From NCBI RefSeq assembly GCF_964355755.1, contig NC_092670.1:5632201-5696200 (forward strand): 64,000 bases of DNA. Reading direction: 5' to 3'. Each line of letters starts with the position of its first letter. Positions within the stretch are counted from its first letter, which is position 1. Shown here piece after piece: positions 35,684 to 50,600 of the stretch. A program made the position numbers and the translations under genes. The DNA is from Antedon mediterranea (taxonomy: Eukaryota; Animalia; Echinodermata). The notes beneath the pieces are model-generated. The model saw only the letters and a program-made list of their open reading frames with translations, searched no databases and had not been told where the DNA came from.

Positions 35684-38600
35684 TTATTCCCATGCATTCA
35701 TTGGAGCTGGTGTTTCTGATCGAGTTTCTTTCAAGCTGGGGGCGATGAACAAACGATTCAATGAGCCTGTAGAAGAAAAAACAAATATTATAAATGTGAT
35801 AAAGCAGTAATCAGATATCTAACAACACCTCCATCTAATTCTTACTGTATGTTGATGTCATTATTTCCAAAGGTGTTATGGTGTTGTATTTATTTGCATT
35901 ACATTTTGATACACCAATGAGAACTAATTACTGTTAACAATAGACCTACCTGATGAAAGTTCGTGAGATTTTACTCCACTAACACCAGCGGATACACTGG
36001 TTATAGAAACGACATTTTTCTTGTAATGTTTTGTTTTGCCTGTTTGATGATGCCTGTTTTAAATTAAAAAAACAAATGAGCATGTTAGTTATTTCTTCAC
36101 AATAACATAGATTCTAATACATTCTAAAAACTTTTTTTTTAAATTATAAATCCTAGTATATTTTGACATACATGCCACATTGACCAATATTCCAACCACT
36201 CACTCATTTTTATTGTAAATATATATATAAGGGAGGTTTCCCAACGCTACGAATACGATAACGAAAACGGATACGTCACACATTTGTTAAACCTTTGAGC
36301 TGATCAGTCAAATTAGTAGGATAAAAAACGAATAGTGTTTGATATCATAGATAATTTAATGAAAGTAATTTAAATAGCAGTTTTAAAGTCCTAGACAACT
36401 AATCAACACGTATCTAGGCCTACACTTCGTTCAAATTTACCACACACATATTTTGGACGACGCCCTCAAAATGTCATTGCCAGGCGAAACAGATTTTACT
36501 GGCTTACGAAAACGAATACTCTTGTACTTTGTAATAGAAGGGAAGAGATACCCAGCACAGGTAGTAAAGTAAACAACATTTTTTTTTACAATTAAACATT
36601 ACATTTTAAACATGGTAATTAACATTAACATTATACGTACTGTTTGTATACTCGAAAAACACAAAGAACAAATAAAACCGCCAAGCAACTAACTCCAATA
36701 TTGATGAATATAGTGTATGATTTGTTATCATCACTAGAGTCATCTCTCTTAGAATAAAGAGAAACCTCTATGATTTCCATCTGAATAGCAGTTTCGATAT
36801 TTTCTTTTTGTTCTTCAAATAAAGATTTCACAACTTCAGAGGGAATGTATTCTGAAACAAAAAGTAATTAATGGTAATATATTGTCAAAAAACAATGCTC
36901 TTCTAACTACAGCTAGTTTCCATTCACTATTGTTCATGAGAAACAATGCTCTTCTTTAGCTAGTTTCAATCCCTCCCACTGTGTGAAGTTGCTGTTGTTT
37001 TTGGCTTTCACACCAGTCTCACCCCTTTCCACTTATATTCCAGGTTTCCTGGACTTTCTGCATTCTCACTCCTGAGGACGATCAAAGCATATTGATCGAA
37101 ACGTCGAGAAACTCAACAGTTCTTTTCAGAACTAAAGTGAGAAACTTAACAATCTTAAAGATAATGAATATAATAATAATAATAATAATAACAATATTGG
37201 TAATGATGATAATAATAATGTTCTTGTTAATGAAGACGAGGTCTTAAGAGAATTTGCACGTGTAAAAGTCAATAAGGCAACTGGACCAGATGGGATTTCA
37301 AACAGAATTTTAAAAGTGTGCAATATCCAACTATGTCCAATTTTTACACATATTTTTAATATTATTTTTAGAAATGGTACTGTTCCACGCATATGGAAAA
37401 CTTCTATCATAAATCCATTGCCTAAAGTTAATAAACCTAGTGTACCAAAAGATTTTAGACCAATTGCAATTACTTCAAATTTAATGAAATGCTTAGAAAG
37501 GTTGATTGTTTCTAGACTTAAGGAAAATATTGGTAATGCAGATAAGAATCAATTTGCATACAAGAAAAATAGAGGGGTTGACGATGCTGTTAATTCTTAT
37601 CTCCATGATACATATCATCACCTTGATTCAAAAAGAAATTATGTACGGTCTATATTTTTCGATTTCTCCAGTGCTTTTAATACTATTTTACCACATGTTT
37701 TAATTGATAGATTATTAAGTTTTAATGTCTCACCTCAGCTCGCCAAAGTTATATATAGTTTTTTGATTAATAGACCGCAGATGGTTAAGTGCAATGGTAT
37801 CCTATCCAACAAAGAATCTACCAGTGTTGGAGCTCCTCAAGGATGTGTTATCTCTCCAATTTTGTTCTCTTTTTATTCTAGTAGTTTTAATATTTTAAGC
37901 AAAGATTGCAATATTGTAAAATACGCTGACGATACTGTAATTAGTGGTTTTCTTTGCGATAGTAAGCATAATGTAAATGAATTTGTTAATGAAGTTGGAA
38001 GATTTGTTAATTGGTGTGAAGATATGAACTTAATACTTAATATTACTAAAACCAAAGAGATGATAATAGATTTTCGTAAAACTGCAGTTGAACATAATGT
38101 AATAACTATTAAAGGAACCGAGGTTGAAAGAGTAACCCAATACAAATACTTAGGTACTATAATTGACAACAAATTAAAATGGGAGTCAAACTCTCTCATG
38201 ATTTCCAAGAAGGCATCTCAAAGGCTCTACTTTCTCAGAAAACTCAAGCAAATTAGAGTTGATAACACTATTTTAATTCTATTTTATCAAAGTATTATTC
38301 AAAGTATTTTATCTTTTAGCATTGGATGTTTTTATGGTAACTTTACTGAAAATGATAAGAAAAATATTGAGAGACCACGTAAAATTGCACAACGTATTAT
38401 TAAAGCTGATCTTACGCCTTGTTCATTTATCTATGAAAAGAGTATTCTAAAAAAAGTAAACAATATTATGAAAGACCCCACTCATCCGTTACATTACTGT
38501 TATAACTTAAATAGATCAGGCATTAGGCTACGACCTCCAAGAGCAAATCTTTGTAGAACTAGAAAATCCTTCGTTGTAAATAGCATTCATATTTTTAATT

Positions 38601-41600
38601 CTAATGTAAGACGTTAATGCAATTTTTAATAGTTTTACATTTTTAACAGTATTTTTAACTTTTTATCTTGTATTTTTAATCTGTTATAATACTGCACGTT
38701 TTTAAATTGTTGCAATATTGTTGTTTTAATCTACCAAGCAAAGTGAATTTCCATTTTTATGGACAAATAAAATTTCTTGAATCTTGAATCTCTAATACAC
38801 GCGGTGTACCGCAAAATTTATATCAATAACCAATGGTAATGTCATCTCAGTAGGTCAATTTTTCTATTATTTTATATTATCTAACAGTTTAATTGTTAGC
38901 ACTGTCGACTATTTACTAGAATAGTAATAATAATTTAATATCTTCAGAATAATGTGTAACCATTATTTTACCATTAGTATTTCTGCGAATCATATGTCTC
39001 AGCTGCGAATGACCTTTACTTTTCGTAGAACTCCTCTGTTGTGTATAACATGTCTTAAAATAGTCGTTGTATTTGACCGACAGAATGATGTTTATTTGAG
39101 TATTGCCAATACTCTCAATTTCTTCGATCAATCTTATATTCTTGGATGTTGTAATATTTCCATTTAAGGTATCCTTTCTGTTTATAAACAAAAAGTCAAG
39201 TTAAATTATTAGACATATTTTATATATTGAGAAAATGTAAATATCTTTTTAATTCAGCTAAGGCTGCGATGATGATAGTGAAATAAATGAAATGAAATGA
39301 AAAAATATTAGGATGTTGTGAATGTGTAATGCAACAAAAAAAAAGATGTTGCGTGAGTCATGCATATTTAAAATAAATATTTATTGCGCAACAATAATGA
39401 TCAAATGTGCACTGTATCCTAAGTGTATTCATTGTACACTACAAACAATTATTCTACGATATACATTTCCAGTGTCATAGATGTATTTTGTGATATTGTG
39501 CCTTAACCCTTAACACTTATTATTCCAACTGATACAAAACATATGTGATGCTGTATGAGAAAATGTTTAGATCAATGCGATGGTAAGCTATATTTACTTA
39601 AAATGTTCATTTAGTTGACGGAATATTATTGACAACGAATAATCTTAATTATTTCCACTTTATAACCGCGATATAAAATAGCAAAACTCACTCATTGCAT
39701 TCTGTCCATGCACAACAGAGAGCAGACCTTGAATAGCAGTATGTGTTCATGGCTTTCGAAGCACTGAAGCGAAAGACTTCTTTGACGGTAATCCACTGTA
39801 ACGATATGTAAATTATTAACCGTTATATTATAAAAAATTTAGATTTGTATCGTCATTTTTTTTAGTTGACATTACTGTACATTTATTTTAAAAAGTAAAT
39901 AGGCCTATAAATTATGCACGTTGACTAATAATGGTTTAAAACCCTGCAATAATTGTTAGTGTAATCATACCTGTCGGCCTTTTAATATCAATAAAACGGC
40001 TTCTTCGTAATTATCACCTGTAAGATATGAACGTTTGATGTTTTTCTGTTAAAACAATAATTCACTTTTGTGGTTTTATGGTAGACGTACGCTCTTCCTT
40101 GACATGACTAATTTAAACATATTTAAATTTCAATAACATGTGCATACTGGAAAAATGTGTTGTTGAAACATTCTCTGTTTTAGTAGCTGTCTCTGTGGTT
40201 ACTATAAGGTCAACCATATTTGATTCTTCAGAAACAATCTGTTGTGTCGATGTATATGTTTCTGGAATAACTGAAGTTTGACCAGTATATATATTTCCAT
40301 AATTACTACTTGAACTTGAGGATATGTCATCTAGAATAGCTTTTGTTTCAAGGGTTCTTTCTTTTTCTAGAATTGAAATTTGCTCAGTTGTTTTATCGTT
40401 TCTATTATCAATATTTGAGGCCATGTCATCTAAAGTAGCTGTTGCGGCTTGTTTTGTTCTTTCTGTTTCTGAAATAGTAGTTTGTTGAGTTACTTCACTC
40501 TCTACAATAAAACTACTCGAGCCTAAGTTATTAGATGTTGTGTTCTGAGATGTTCTTTCTGTTTCTAGAATTGAAGTTCGCTCAGTTGTTTCATCGTTTC
40601 TATCATCAATATTTGAGGCCATGTCATCTAAAGTACCTGTTGCCGCTTGTTTAGTTCTTTCTGTTTCTGGAATTGTGGCTTTCTCAGCTACTTCGCTCCT
40701 CCCGCCACTACTCGAGCCTATGTTATTCACACTAGATGTTGTGTCCTGAGATGTAATTTCTTTTTCTAGAATTGAAGTTCACTCAGTTGTTTCAATATTT
40801 TCATCATAGCTATTCGACCACGAGATGTTTCTAATATTAAATAGTTCATTAAGTTGATGTCTACCATGGTGGTCTACCAACACGTCCTTTAAAGTCGTTT
40901 GAAAAAAAAACACGCGCGAAAACTAATGAGAAATGTCCCATTCTTAGTACAGTACGTGTCCAAACATCGACCATCATAATAGCGCTATTCTTTCATAGAT
41001 TTGAAAAAATTTACATATTTGTATAATTTTAAACTTATAATGCCCAAAATTGATCGCAAATGTTTTCTGTGACAAGTGTCAACCTTTTCTGTTACATTTT
41101 TGTTGCAGACCAACTATTACAGTTATAAGCCTACATCAATATGGAGACTACTAAGGAATCATACAGTCTGCACAACACTGAAAAGGCAAAAAACAACTAA
41201 AGAAGAATAATAGGCCTATGGCCCATTGAAAAACAATATTTTGCTGTTGTTGAATAATGCCATTTTAATATCACATAATAGTTATTCACTTTGACAAAAA
41301 GTTGGATCGAAATAGAAAATAATAATTACCTGAAAAATCTGTAATCTAAAGTAAATCAATAGTCGAACTGAGAGCCAATGGATTTTTTGTTGATTTTAAC
41401 CGTTTATTTTTGTCTTTTTATAAGTGAAAACATTATTTAAACGGAAGTGATTAACTTATTAAAAATGCGAAATGGACTATTGAACATTTTATTTTATTAA
41501 TCTTCATTTTTCAAATCACGCATTTGTATGCAGTAAACTATAGCCGTACCTTTGCAGCCTTTCTTATCATTATCAAGTGTCCATCCGTCATTGCAATCAC

Positions 41601-44600
41601 AACTGAAGCTACCAATTGAGTTGGAACATTGTTGCGCACATTCGTCTATTCCAACAAAACATTCGTCAATATCTGATAAAATTAAAAAGTTAATGTGATT
41701 ATTTTATGTATTTTTTTCATTTGCTTAATAGTAGAAAATTAGTAATAGTCACACCAAGGGTTTTTATAGTTATCGTTTCAATTAATTGATTAATAATCTT
41801 CAATTTGATTTCTGGTGTGCGGGTGTACAATTGAGGGACTAGTGCTGTCCCCCTTGCCACACTGAGAGTGTTAAAAAGTCGCTATCCAATCGAATTTGAA
41901 CAATACCATGAAGCCATATTCGCACAAAAGGAAGATGAAAACTAAACTGGTGATATACTGACATTTTATGTATTATTTTATTATTATATTTTTATTTGAA
42001 ACGGTACGATGAGGGAATCTGTGAGAGATTCCCAACCGAGATTCGAACCCAGAAGATTCTGATATACAGATGTCCTAACCATTAGACCACTGGGCTTTCA
42101 GTGTATTATTCAAATCCGATTAAATAACTACTCTTTAACACTCTCAGCGTAGTACGGCGGAACAGCACTAGTCAAAAGTCACATTTGTGCAAACACACTT
42201 TCTTATTATTGTTATCTCTTTAAAAGTATGTAGAAAATTCCGTTGACTATGACGAAAGAATAACATAATTTAGACGAAAAGAGATCCGAATGATAAGTGT
42301 TTTCAATGTAAGCTTGCTTATATGAAAAGATTAAGTTATATATAATACATTATTTCAAGAAATGTAATACTTTAATGTTAGCATTCCGTACCTTCACAAT
42401 TGTGTGAATCGTATGCTTCATATCCTGCGTTACAAATACACACAAAGCTACCGGGTGAGTTTGTACAATTGTGACAATTAGCGTAGGAACATTCATCAAT
42501 ATCTAGAAAAATAAATAAAGCAGCAATTAAAAAAATAATCATTATTTATCATTATTTGATCAAGCTAGTTATTCACTTACTACACGTCATAGTGGAGTAA
42601 AAGCAAGTTGTCTTTCAATGTGTTGTTTTATTATTCAGCATCCGTCAAATGAATCTTTCTAGATAAGCAAGCCTACGGAATTTTCTACATCATAATAATA
42701 TAAAATGTGACTTTTTTGCATATTTCACGGCTCAACACGGCAAAACTCCGTGTTTTTTGTGTTTTCTTAGTTTTTTGGGTTTTTTTTTTGTCAGTATTGA
42801 CAAATCATCAAAAACTTATTGGCAAAGTTGAAACGAACTTTGTCAAATTGTCTGTGATGCGATGGGAGCATTTCGTATGGAAACATCACACAATGTAGCT
42901 TTATTAAAAGGTTAGTGTCTGAAGCGTATCCGGACAACTAACCCCTGGACAATTACCACCCTGACAACTACCACCCGGACAACTACCCACCTAGGACAAC
43001 TACCCTCTAGTCCAACTGCTATGCCTCTAGGACAACAACACCCTCTAACAACCACACCTATATCATGACACCTACACATTGGGTTATAATTACGATCTTG
43101 TAAAACTTACTGAACTTCAAAACATAGGGAGAGAGATTGATCTTAAATGAAAGCTTTTGAATTTTTTAATATGCGTATCCTCAGCAGTTATTTTACATTA
43201 AATGAGAATCGATCAAATTATTAAAACGTATTCCAATCTTGAAAAATAAAGGGGTGTGGGCTTATTGTATTCTTGTGTGACATAAAGATGCCGTATATAA
43301 ATCTAGGAACATACAGTTTACCTAGCTGCACCAGTCAATCAACCAGTCTTTCATTTCCTAAGGTATAGGTGTGGTTGTTCAGAGAGTGTTGTTGTTAGAG
43401 GGATAGTTGTCCTAGGGGCATGGCAGTTGGACTAGAGGGTAGTTGTAAGATAGTGGGACTTGACCCGATTTTGTTCTCTGTTTTCTTTTTCAAAACAAAT
43501 GTTTACCGTAAGAGCTTATTTTATGCTGTTTAATGGCATTATACGTTTACTACTACAAGTTCAGCATTAATGGAATATTGGTTTGGCTGTTACTACTTCA
43601 TAGAAGAACTTTAATTGATTTGTGTTTTACGTTTTCTCCCCACTCCTGAGAAAATAGGACAATAAACGTTTTTAGAACCCTAATTTTACTTTAGATTTTA
43701 AAAAAAACCTACACTATTAATCAATTGAATACATTAGATGATTTGAAAATCAATCTCTCTCTCTCCCCCGTTTGACAGGTTCATACATTTCTTAGTCTTC
43801 CTATTTTGAAAACATAGATAACTGCGCCAATTGAGGAAATCGTTTTTCATAGTTTGTCATAGAAGTTTAAAAAAAATAAATATCGCTACAGTTATTACAA
43901 AATAGACTACAAATCTTAGGTACATACGTCGATATTTTAATAATTTCACGTCAAATATTGTTAAATGTATAGTGTGGTACAACGCCCTCCTAGTCCCCTC
44001 TTCACACATAATTTGATTTTACAATACAAATGGCACCAAAAGAAGCAGCTTATTAATTTGGTTACCAATCGTAGTCCGGGTGGTAGTTGTCCGGGTGGTA
44101 GTTATCCGGGTGGTAGTTATCCAGGGGGTAGTTGTCCTAGACCCGTCTGAAGTCATAAAACGGCTGTGTTTTATGATAACATTACATAGGCCTACCTGTG
44201 CAGGTATTAGTGCCAGAATATCCATCGTCGCAGGAGCATCTAAATGTGCCAAGAAGGTTTTCACAAAAGTGTTCGCAGTTGCCATTGTTTAATAAGCATT
44301 CATTGACATCTATTATTAAAAGTAAAATAAAATCGTCATAAGCTGCAAAGCTTGAGAGCTTGATATGTCTATTTCACCGGTTTCTATTTACGGTAAATTT
44401 ACGGCTACTGGAAAATATATAAGAAAGAAAATATAATTGGCATTGATTGATAGGTTTCGAATCGCAAGGCATTTTCAGTGTCTTTCATTCAAAGGAAATG
44501 CCAGTTTTGTATTTCTTATTTGTGCCACGCTATGTGACACTGCTGTTAACTCATAAACAGTCATTGTTTGAATAATAATATCTGATGGATAAATAATGTG

Positions 44601-47600
44601 TCAATACATTTTATCAAATTGATTCTATTTCTATAATATTTAAATAAAGAAAATACTGAAAATCGCAAAATATAGTTAGATATTTACCAATTTCACATCT
44701 ATAACCTTCATAGGTATCGGGACATTCACAATTGTTAGGTCCTACACAGTTACCGTTGTTCTCACATGGTGGATCGCAGATGGCTACAAACAGATTAAAT
44801 GAATCAGATTTTGATAAGGTTATTTTGAAGTTGCAATAAAGTTAAAAACTTCCGTAGAAAAAATTGAAAACGATATAATTAAAATGACAAAATAAATGGT
44901 TAAATTCAACCCAAAACCCATTGTTTAGCAGACAATTAGACCATTTTTAATTTGAATTACACCATATTTTTTTACAAGTAAATACATTTTATTTTTCAAT
45001 CTCATTCGTGGTCAGAGCGGATAAGTCGTGTCGTTTTCTATAATTACAACTTTTACATTTTAAATAAGTGTAATTATACTTATTATACAAATCTTTAGCC
45101 AACGTACGTAAACAATCCGTAAGCATTGATAATTCATATCCTGGCCAACAGTCGCACTGAAATCCTCCAAATGTGTTGGTACAAACTTGGGCACATCCAC
45201 CATTATTTGTCCAACACTCATTTACTAGTGAAAAATGAAAAAAAAACTATTTGAATTCCTTTCTCTCCGTTATAGAAGAATTGATTGTATAAAATGGCTA
45301 ATAGGTTCTAAAAAATCGCATAACATGTCTGGTTGTAATGACCAATAATAACATTCATGAAACTGACAATTAGGCGAAGAATGTGTGGACGAAGCGACAA
45401 GATTTAAGTAGCAAACATTCGCTAATCACCCGAAACATGATCGTATCAGCGAAGAGTAAAATTCTACTTATACCTCATCATACCTAGCGACAACATGTAG
45501 CATGCATTGAAGACCTACATATTCTTCTGACACCAACCTACAACCTATGATGAACTTGTATTTTGAAGCCTTTCTGCTTACTAGCTTACAACATGTTTCA
45601 GTGACGTAGTGTATTGATCTGTACACTGTTATAAAAGTAAAAATATGCGCACTGGGTATATTAACTGCTGTTTAAGTCTACTTACAATCATCGCATGCGT
45701 CTCCTACATAATTCTCTTGACATTCACAATAATCTGGAGCCGTGCACGTTCCGTGAACACATGGTGGATCACACACAGCTATATAGTAAAACAATCACAA
45801 TTTATCATTGTAAATCATTTACTATCTTTACCTTGATGAGAGAGTGTCTTAAGTTGATGCACTGACAGAGGGGGTGTCTAGAAAACTCAGATCTCAGATA
45901 TATCTGAGTTTTCTAGATCTAGAAAACTCAGATATCAAATGGATCGTTCCATTATTATTAGAGGGTAGCATAGTTGAAATACTACACAGTATTATACGTT
46001 TTCTTACTAATAATAATAATGATTGTAACTTGTAGTAGCAGCCTACGACTTAAATCATAAAGAGATACAGTATACACCTTTTAAAGTGTAGGCTTAGCAT
46101 TTAGGCCTAGCTAAGCAAACTCCATTCAAGGCTCAACGTGTGGGCGCTATCGCGATGTATCGCGAAGCGTAGGCCTGGTCCTACAGTACTAGACTAGAAG
46201 TGGTCAACTCGTACCCAAAATAACTCGTACCTATTCCCAAATTGGCTAACTCGTACCTCAACCAACTCGTACCCACACCAACTCGTACATACCTCATTTT
46301 AAAGCCTACATTTTAACGGTAACATGCCCTGTATTTTCTTTATGATTTAAGCCGTAGGCCGCTTCTACATGTTACAATATTAGTAAGAAAACGTACACAG
46401 TCAGTTTTAATAATACTCTAGTATTTCAAATGACCTACCTGCTGATTATTAATGGAATGATCCAAATGACCTACCAACCAATCAAATGATGATCTGAGTT
46501 TTCTCTAGTTCCATTTTGGAACTAGAAAAGTCAGATATTGATATCTGAGTTTTCTAGATCTAGAAAAGTCAGATATCTGAGTTTTCTAGATCTAGAAAAC
46601 TTAGATATATCTGAGATCTGAGTTTTCTAGATCTGAGTTTTCTAGACACCCCTGACAGAGGACATGATCCGTAGCGTAATGAACAATGTATCAATTCGTT
46701 GGAGTCGGCGCTATACAAGAACTTGTATATTACATTACAGTACCCCTTTCCACACTGTTTGGTTCGGGTTGATAACATTTATTTATGCAATAGAAATAAA
46801 AGTAATAACAACATAACAATTTAAAAAACTGTAGGCCTATTCATTTTTTTACAATAACATTTGGATGAGCATAAGTTTTCTTGTTTTTAGTAGTTTATTT
46901 AAACAAAACTTGCTCTTATTAGTTTTACTACATGCGATCTTTGAAATTTAAATACAACAATGTCTCAATTAATGATAGTGGTAGATGTGACGATTTGTGG
47001 TCTGTACTTTGCAAATGCCTACCTTCGCATTGTCTATCATCATTCTCTACATAACCAGTACGACATCGGCAATAATAACTTCCGACAGTGTTGATACAGA
47101 TATGATGACAGCCACCATTGGTGGCACTGCATTCATTGATATCTTTGAAAATATAACCACATACGGTAGTTAGCATAAATTAAAACGGTTACTGTAGTGC
47201 AAATGACAGTACTATCGGTAGAGGTAAAATTAATATAATAATATCCCCATCGTAAACAATAGTAATAGCATTAACAGTAGCAGCAGCATGTTTTTAGTAG
47301 TTTATTTAAACACAACTTGCTCTTATTATTTTTACTACATGCGATCTTTGAAGTTTAAATACAACAATGTCTCAATTAATGATAGTGGTAGATGAGACGA
47401 TTTGTGGTCTGTACTAATACAAATGCCTACCTTCGCATTGTCTATCATCATTCTCTGCATAACCAGTACGACATCGGCAATAATAACTTCCGACAGTGTT
47501 GATACAGATATGATGACAGCCACCATTGGTGGCACTGCATTCATTGATATCTTTGAAAATATAACCACATTCGGTAGTTAGCATAAATTAAAACGGTTAC

Positions 47601-50600
47601 TGTAGTGCAAATGACAGTACTATCGGTAGAGGCAAAATTAATATAATAATATCCCCATCGTAAACAATAGTAATAGCGTTAACAGTAGCAGCAGCATGTT
47701 TTTAGTAGTTTATTTAAACACAACTTGCTCTTATTATTTTTACTACATGCGATCTTTGAAGTTTAAATACTACAATGTCTCAATTAATGATAGTGGTAGA
47801 TGTGACGATTGGTGGTCTGTACTTTGCAAATGCCTACCTTCGCATTGTCTATCATCATTCTCTACATAACCAGTACGACATCGGCAATAATAACTTCCGA
47901 CAGTGTTGATACAGATATGATGACAGCCACCATTGGTGGCACTGCATTCATTGATATCTTTGAAAATATAACCACATACGGTAGTTAGCATAAATTAAAA
48001 CGGTTACTGTAGTGCAAATGACAGTACTATCGGTAGAGGCAAAATTAATATAATAATATCCCCATCGTAAACAATAGTAATAGCATTAACAGTAGCAGCA
48101 GCATTAACAGTAGAAGCAGCATTAACAGTAGCAGCAGCATTAACAGTAGAAGCAGCATTAACAGTAGCAGCAGCAAAAGCACCACCAGCAGCAATAGCAA
48201 CAATGACTGCAATAGCAACAGCAACATAAATAGAAGCAACATAAATATACCGCAACAGCAAAACACAACCAGCAGCAACAGACAGACAGCTCCATCACAA
48301 AGTCGACCACGATTTTATTTCGGTATGGTATTTAAACCTTTATGAAGCGCCGCCGCTAGTACGCTGTTTTAATCATATCGGTTGCGTTTGATATCGATCG
48401 CGTTGTTACTTTGGTCGCGCTAAATGTCGTGTTTATCCTACAGTATTAGTACACATACACTTAATAACATACTACATAATATGTGCTTTTTAAAAATCAT
48501 TTAAAAAATAGTTCCTTGTTTTAAAAATTTTCTAAAAAGATTTAAAGTTTCGAAAATGTTAATCTAAAATTAGTTACCATAGCCACAATTATACGAATCT
48601 TTCTTCAACAATAACACAAAACAACTTCGAATACCGCACTGTATGATACCGTATTACTATGCCTACATTTTATGGCTTAAGGGCTGTCGAATCACCTTTT
48701 TTCACGTACGCATGTGAATCCTGTACGGTTCTAGGACACCTACCCCCTAGACAGTTACCCCCCGGATGTTTACCACCCGGACAACTACCCCCTTAGGACA
48801 ACTACCCCCCGGACAACTACCCCCGGACAACTACCCCCTTAGGACAACTACCCCCTTAGGATAACAACCCCCCGGACAACTACCCCCCGGACAACCACCC
48901 CCTTAGGACAACTACCCCCTTAGGACAACTACCCCCCGGTCAACTACCCCCCGGTCAACTACCCCCCGGTCAACTACCCCCCCCCCCCAATCTAAAAGTA
49001 GACAAATATATAGGACCGGTTTCTGTAAAAATGAAATCATCTGTTTTTAACGGGTGTTTCGAAACTAGAGACCCGAGACCAGAGACCTGACACGAGACCC
49101 AATACGAAAAGGGAGACCTATATTTGGTCTCCCTTTTCGTATATTAGGGTCTCCCTTTTCGTATAGTGTGGTCTCTTTTTTCGTATAGTGGGGTCTCCCT
49201 TTTCTTATAGTGGGTCTCCCTTTTCGTATATTTGGGTCTCCCATTTCGTATATTTGGGTCTCCCTTTTCGTATATTTGGTCTCCCTTTTCGTATATTTAG
49301 GTCTCCCTTTTCGTATATTAGGGTCTCCCTTTTCGTATAGTGGGGTCTCCCTTTTCGTATAGTGGGGTCTCCCTTTTCGTACGTGGGTCTCCCTTTTCGT
49401 ATATTTAGGTCTCCCTTTTCGTATTGGGTCTCGGGTCTCATGGTCTCTGGTCTCGGGTCTCTAGTTTCGAAACACCCGTTTTTAACCGATTATTCTGTTT
49501 AACAGCACGCTAGGCCCTAGATGTGCTAGATTTAAAGTACCGTATTTATTGAAAAAAACGGCCTGGGCTGTTTATTGTTTAGGTGGTTTTTAGGTGGACA
49601 TTTATTGGAAGAAAGTTGTTTATTCAATGGGAGAGGGTATAATCTAATGGAAATAGACGCCGATTATTCCATATGATGTGTCATGGGAGTGACATGGTCA
49701 CCGTTTATTTGAGGGGAATTTATTTAAAGATCGCCGTTTATTCGGTGAGTGAACATTGAGGTCAAATATCAAAAGTGATATTATTCTTCAAGTGTACAAA
49801 AATACAAATGACAAATTTGAGACAAAAATTAATTCTTTTAAGACCAGTGGTTATCGAAGCATTGTCCTGACGCAAAAATTATTATTATTATTAGCGAACC
49901 CAGTCTTTACAGTAAATACAGGGAGTACTATATAATACGTTCGACTATCCTATGATCATGTGTGACAATCTTCAGTTTATACCAGGCTATATTTATGTTC
50001 AATCTTTTACTTTTGTTTACAATAATGAATAGTAATTCGTCAAAGTAACGAATTGAAATATAGTTATTAATTCCTATTATCGGCTGTTGCAGAGTCAGGT
50101 TGTTGAATGGTCTGGGTGGTAGTTGTCCGTCCGGGGGGTAGTTGTTCTAAAGGGATAGTTTTCTGGGTGATAGTTGTCCAGGGGTTAGTTGTCCTACGGA
50201 GGTAGTTGTCCTAAAAGATTATTTGCCCTCGGAGTATTTTCCAGGTCCAGAAGGTAGTTGTCCTACGGGGAGTATTGTGTCAGAGGCAGTTGTTCGCGGG
50301 GTAATTACCCGGGGGGGGGGGGGGTAATTCTCTGGGGGTAATTGTCAAGGGTAAATTGTTCCTAGGGGTAATTGTCCGGGGGTAGTTGTCCAGGGGTTAG
50401 TTGTCCTACGGAGGTAGTTGTCCTAAAAGATTATTTGCCCTCGGAGTATTGTCCAGGAAGTAGTTGTCCTACGGGGAGTATTGTGTCAGAGGTAGTTGTC
50501 CGCGGGGTAATTACCCGGGGAGGAGGGGGTAATTGTCCGGGGGGTAATTGTCCGGGGGGTAATTGTTCCTAGGGGGTAATTGTCCGGGGGGTAGTTGTCC

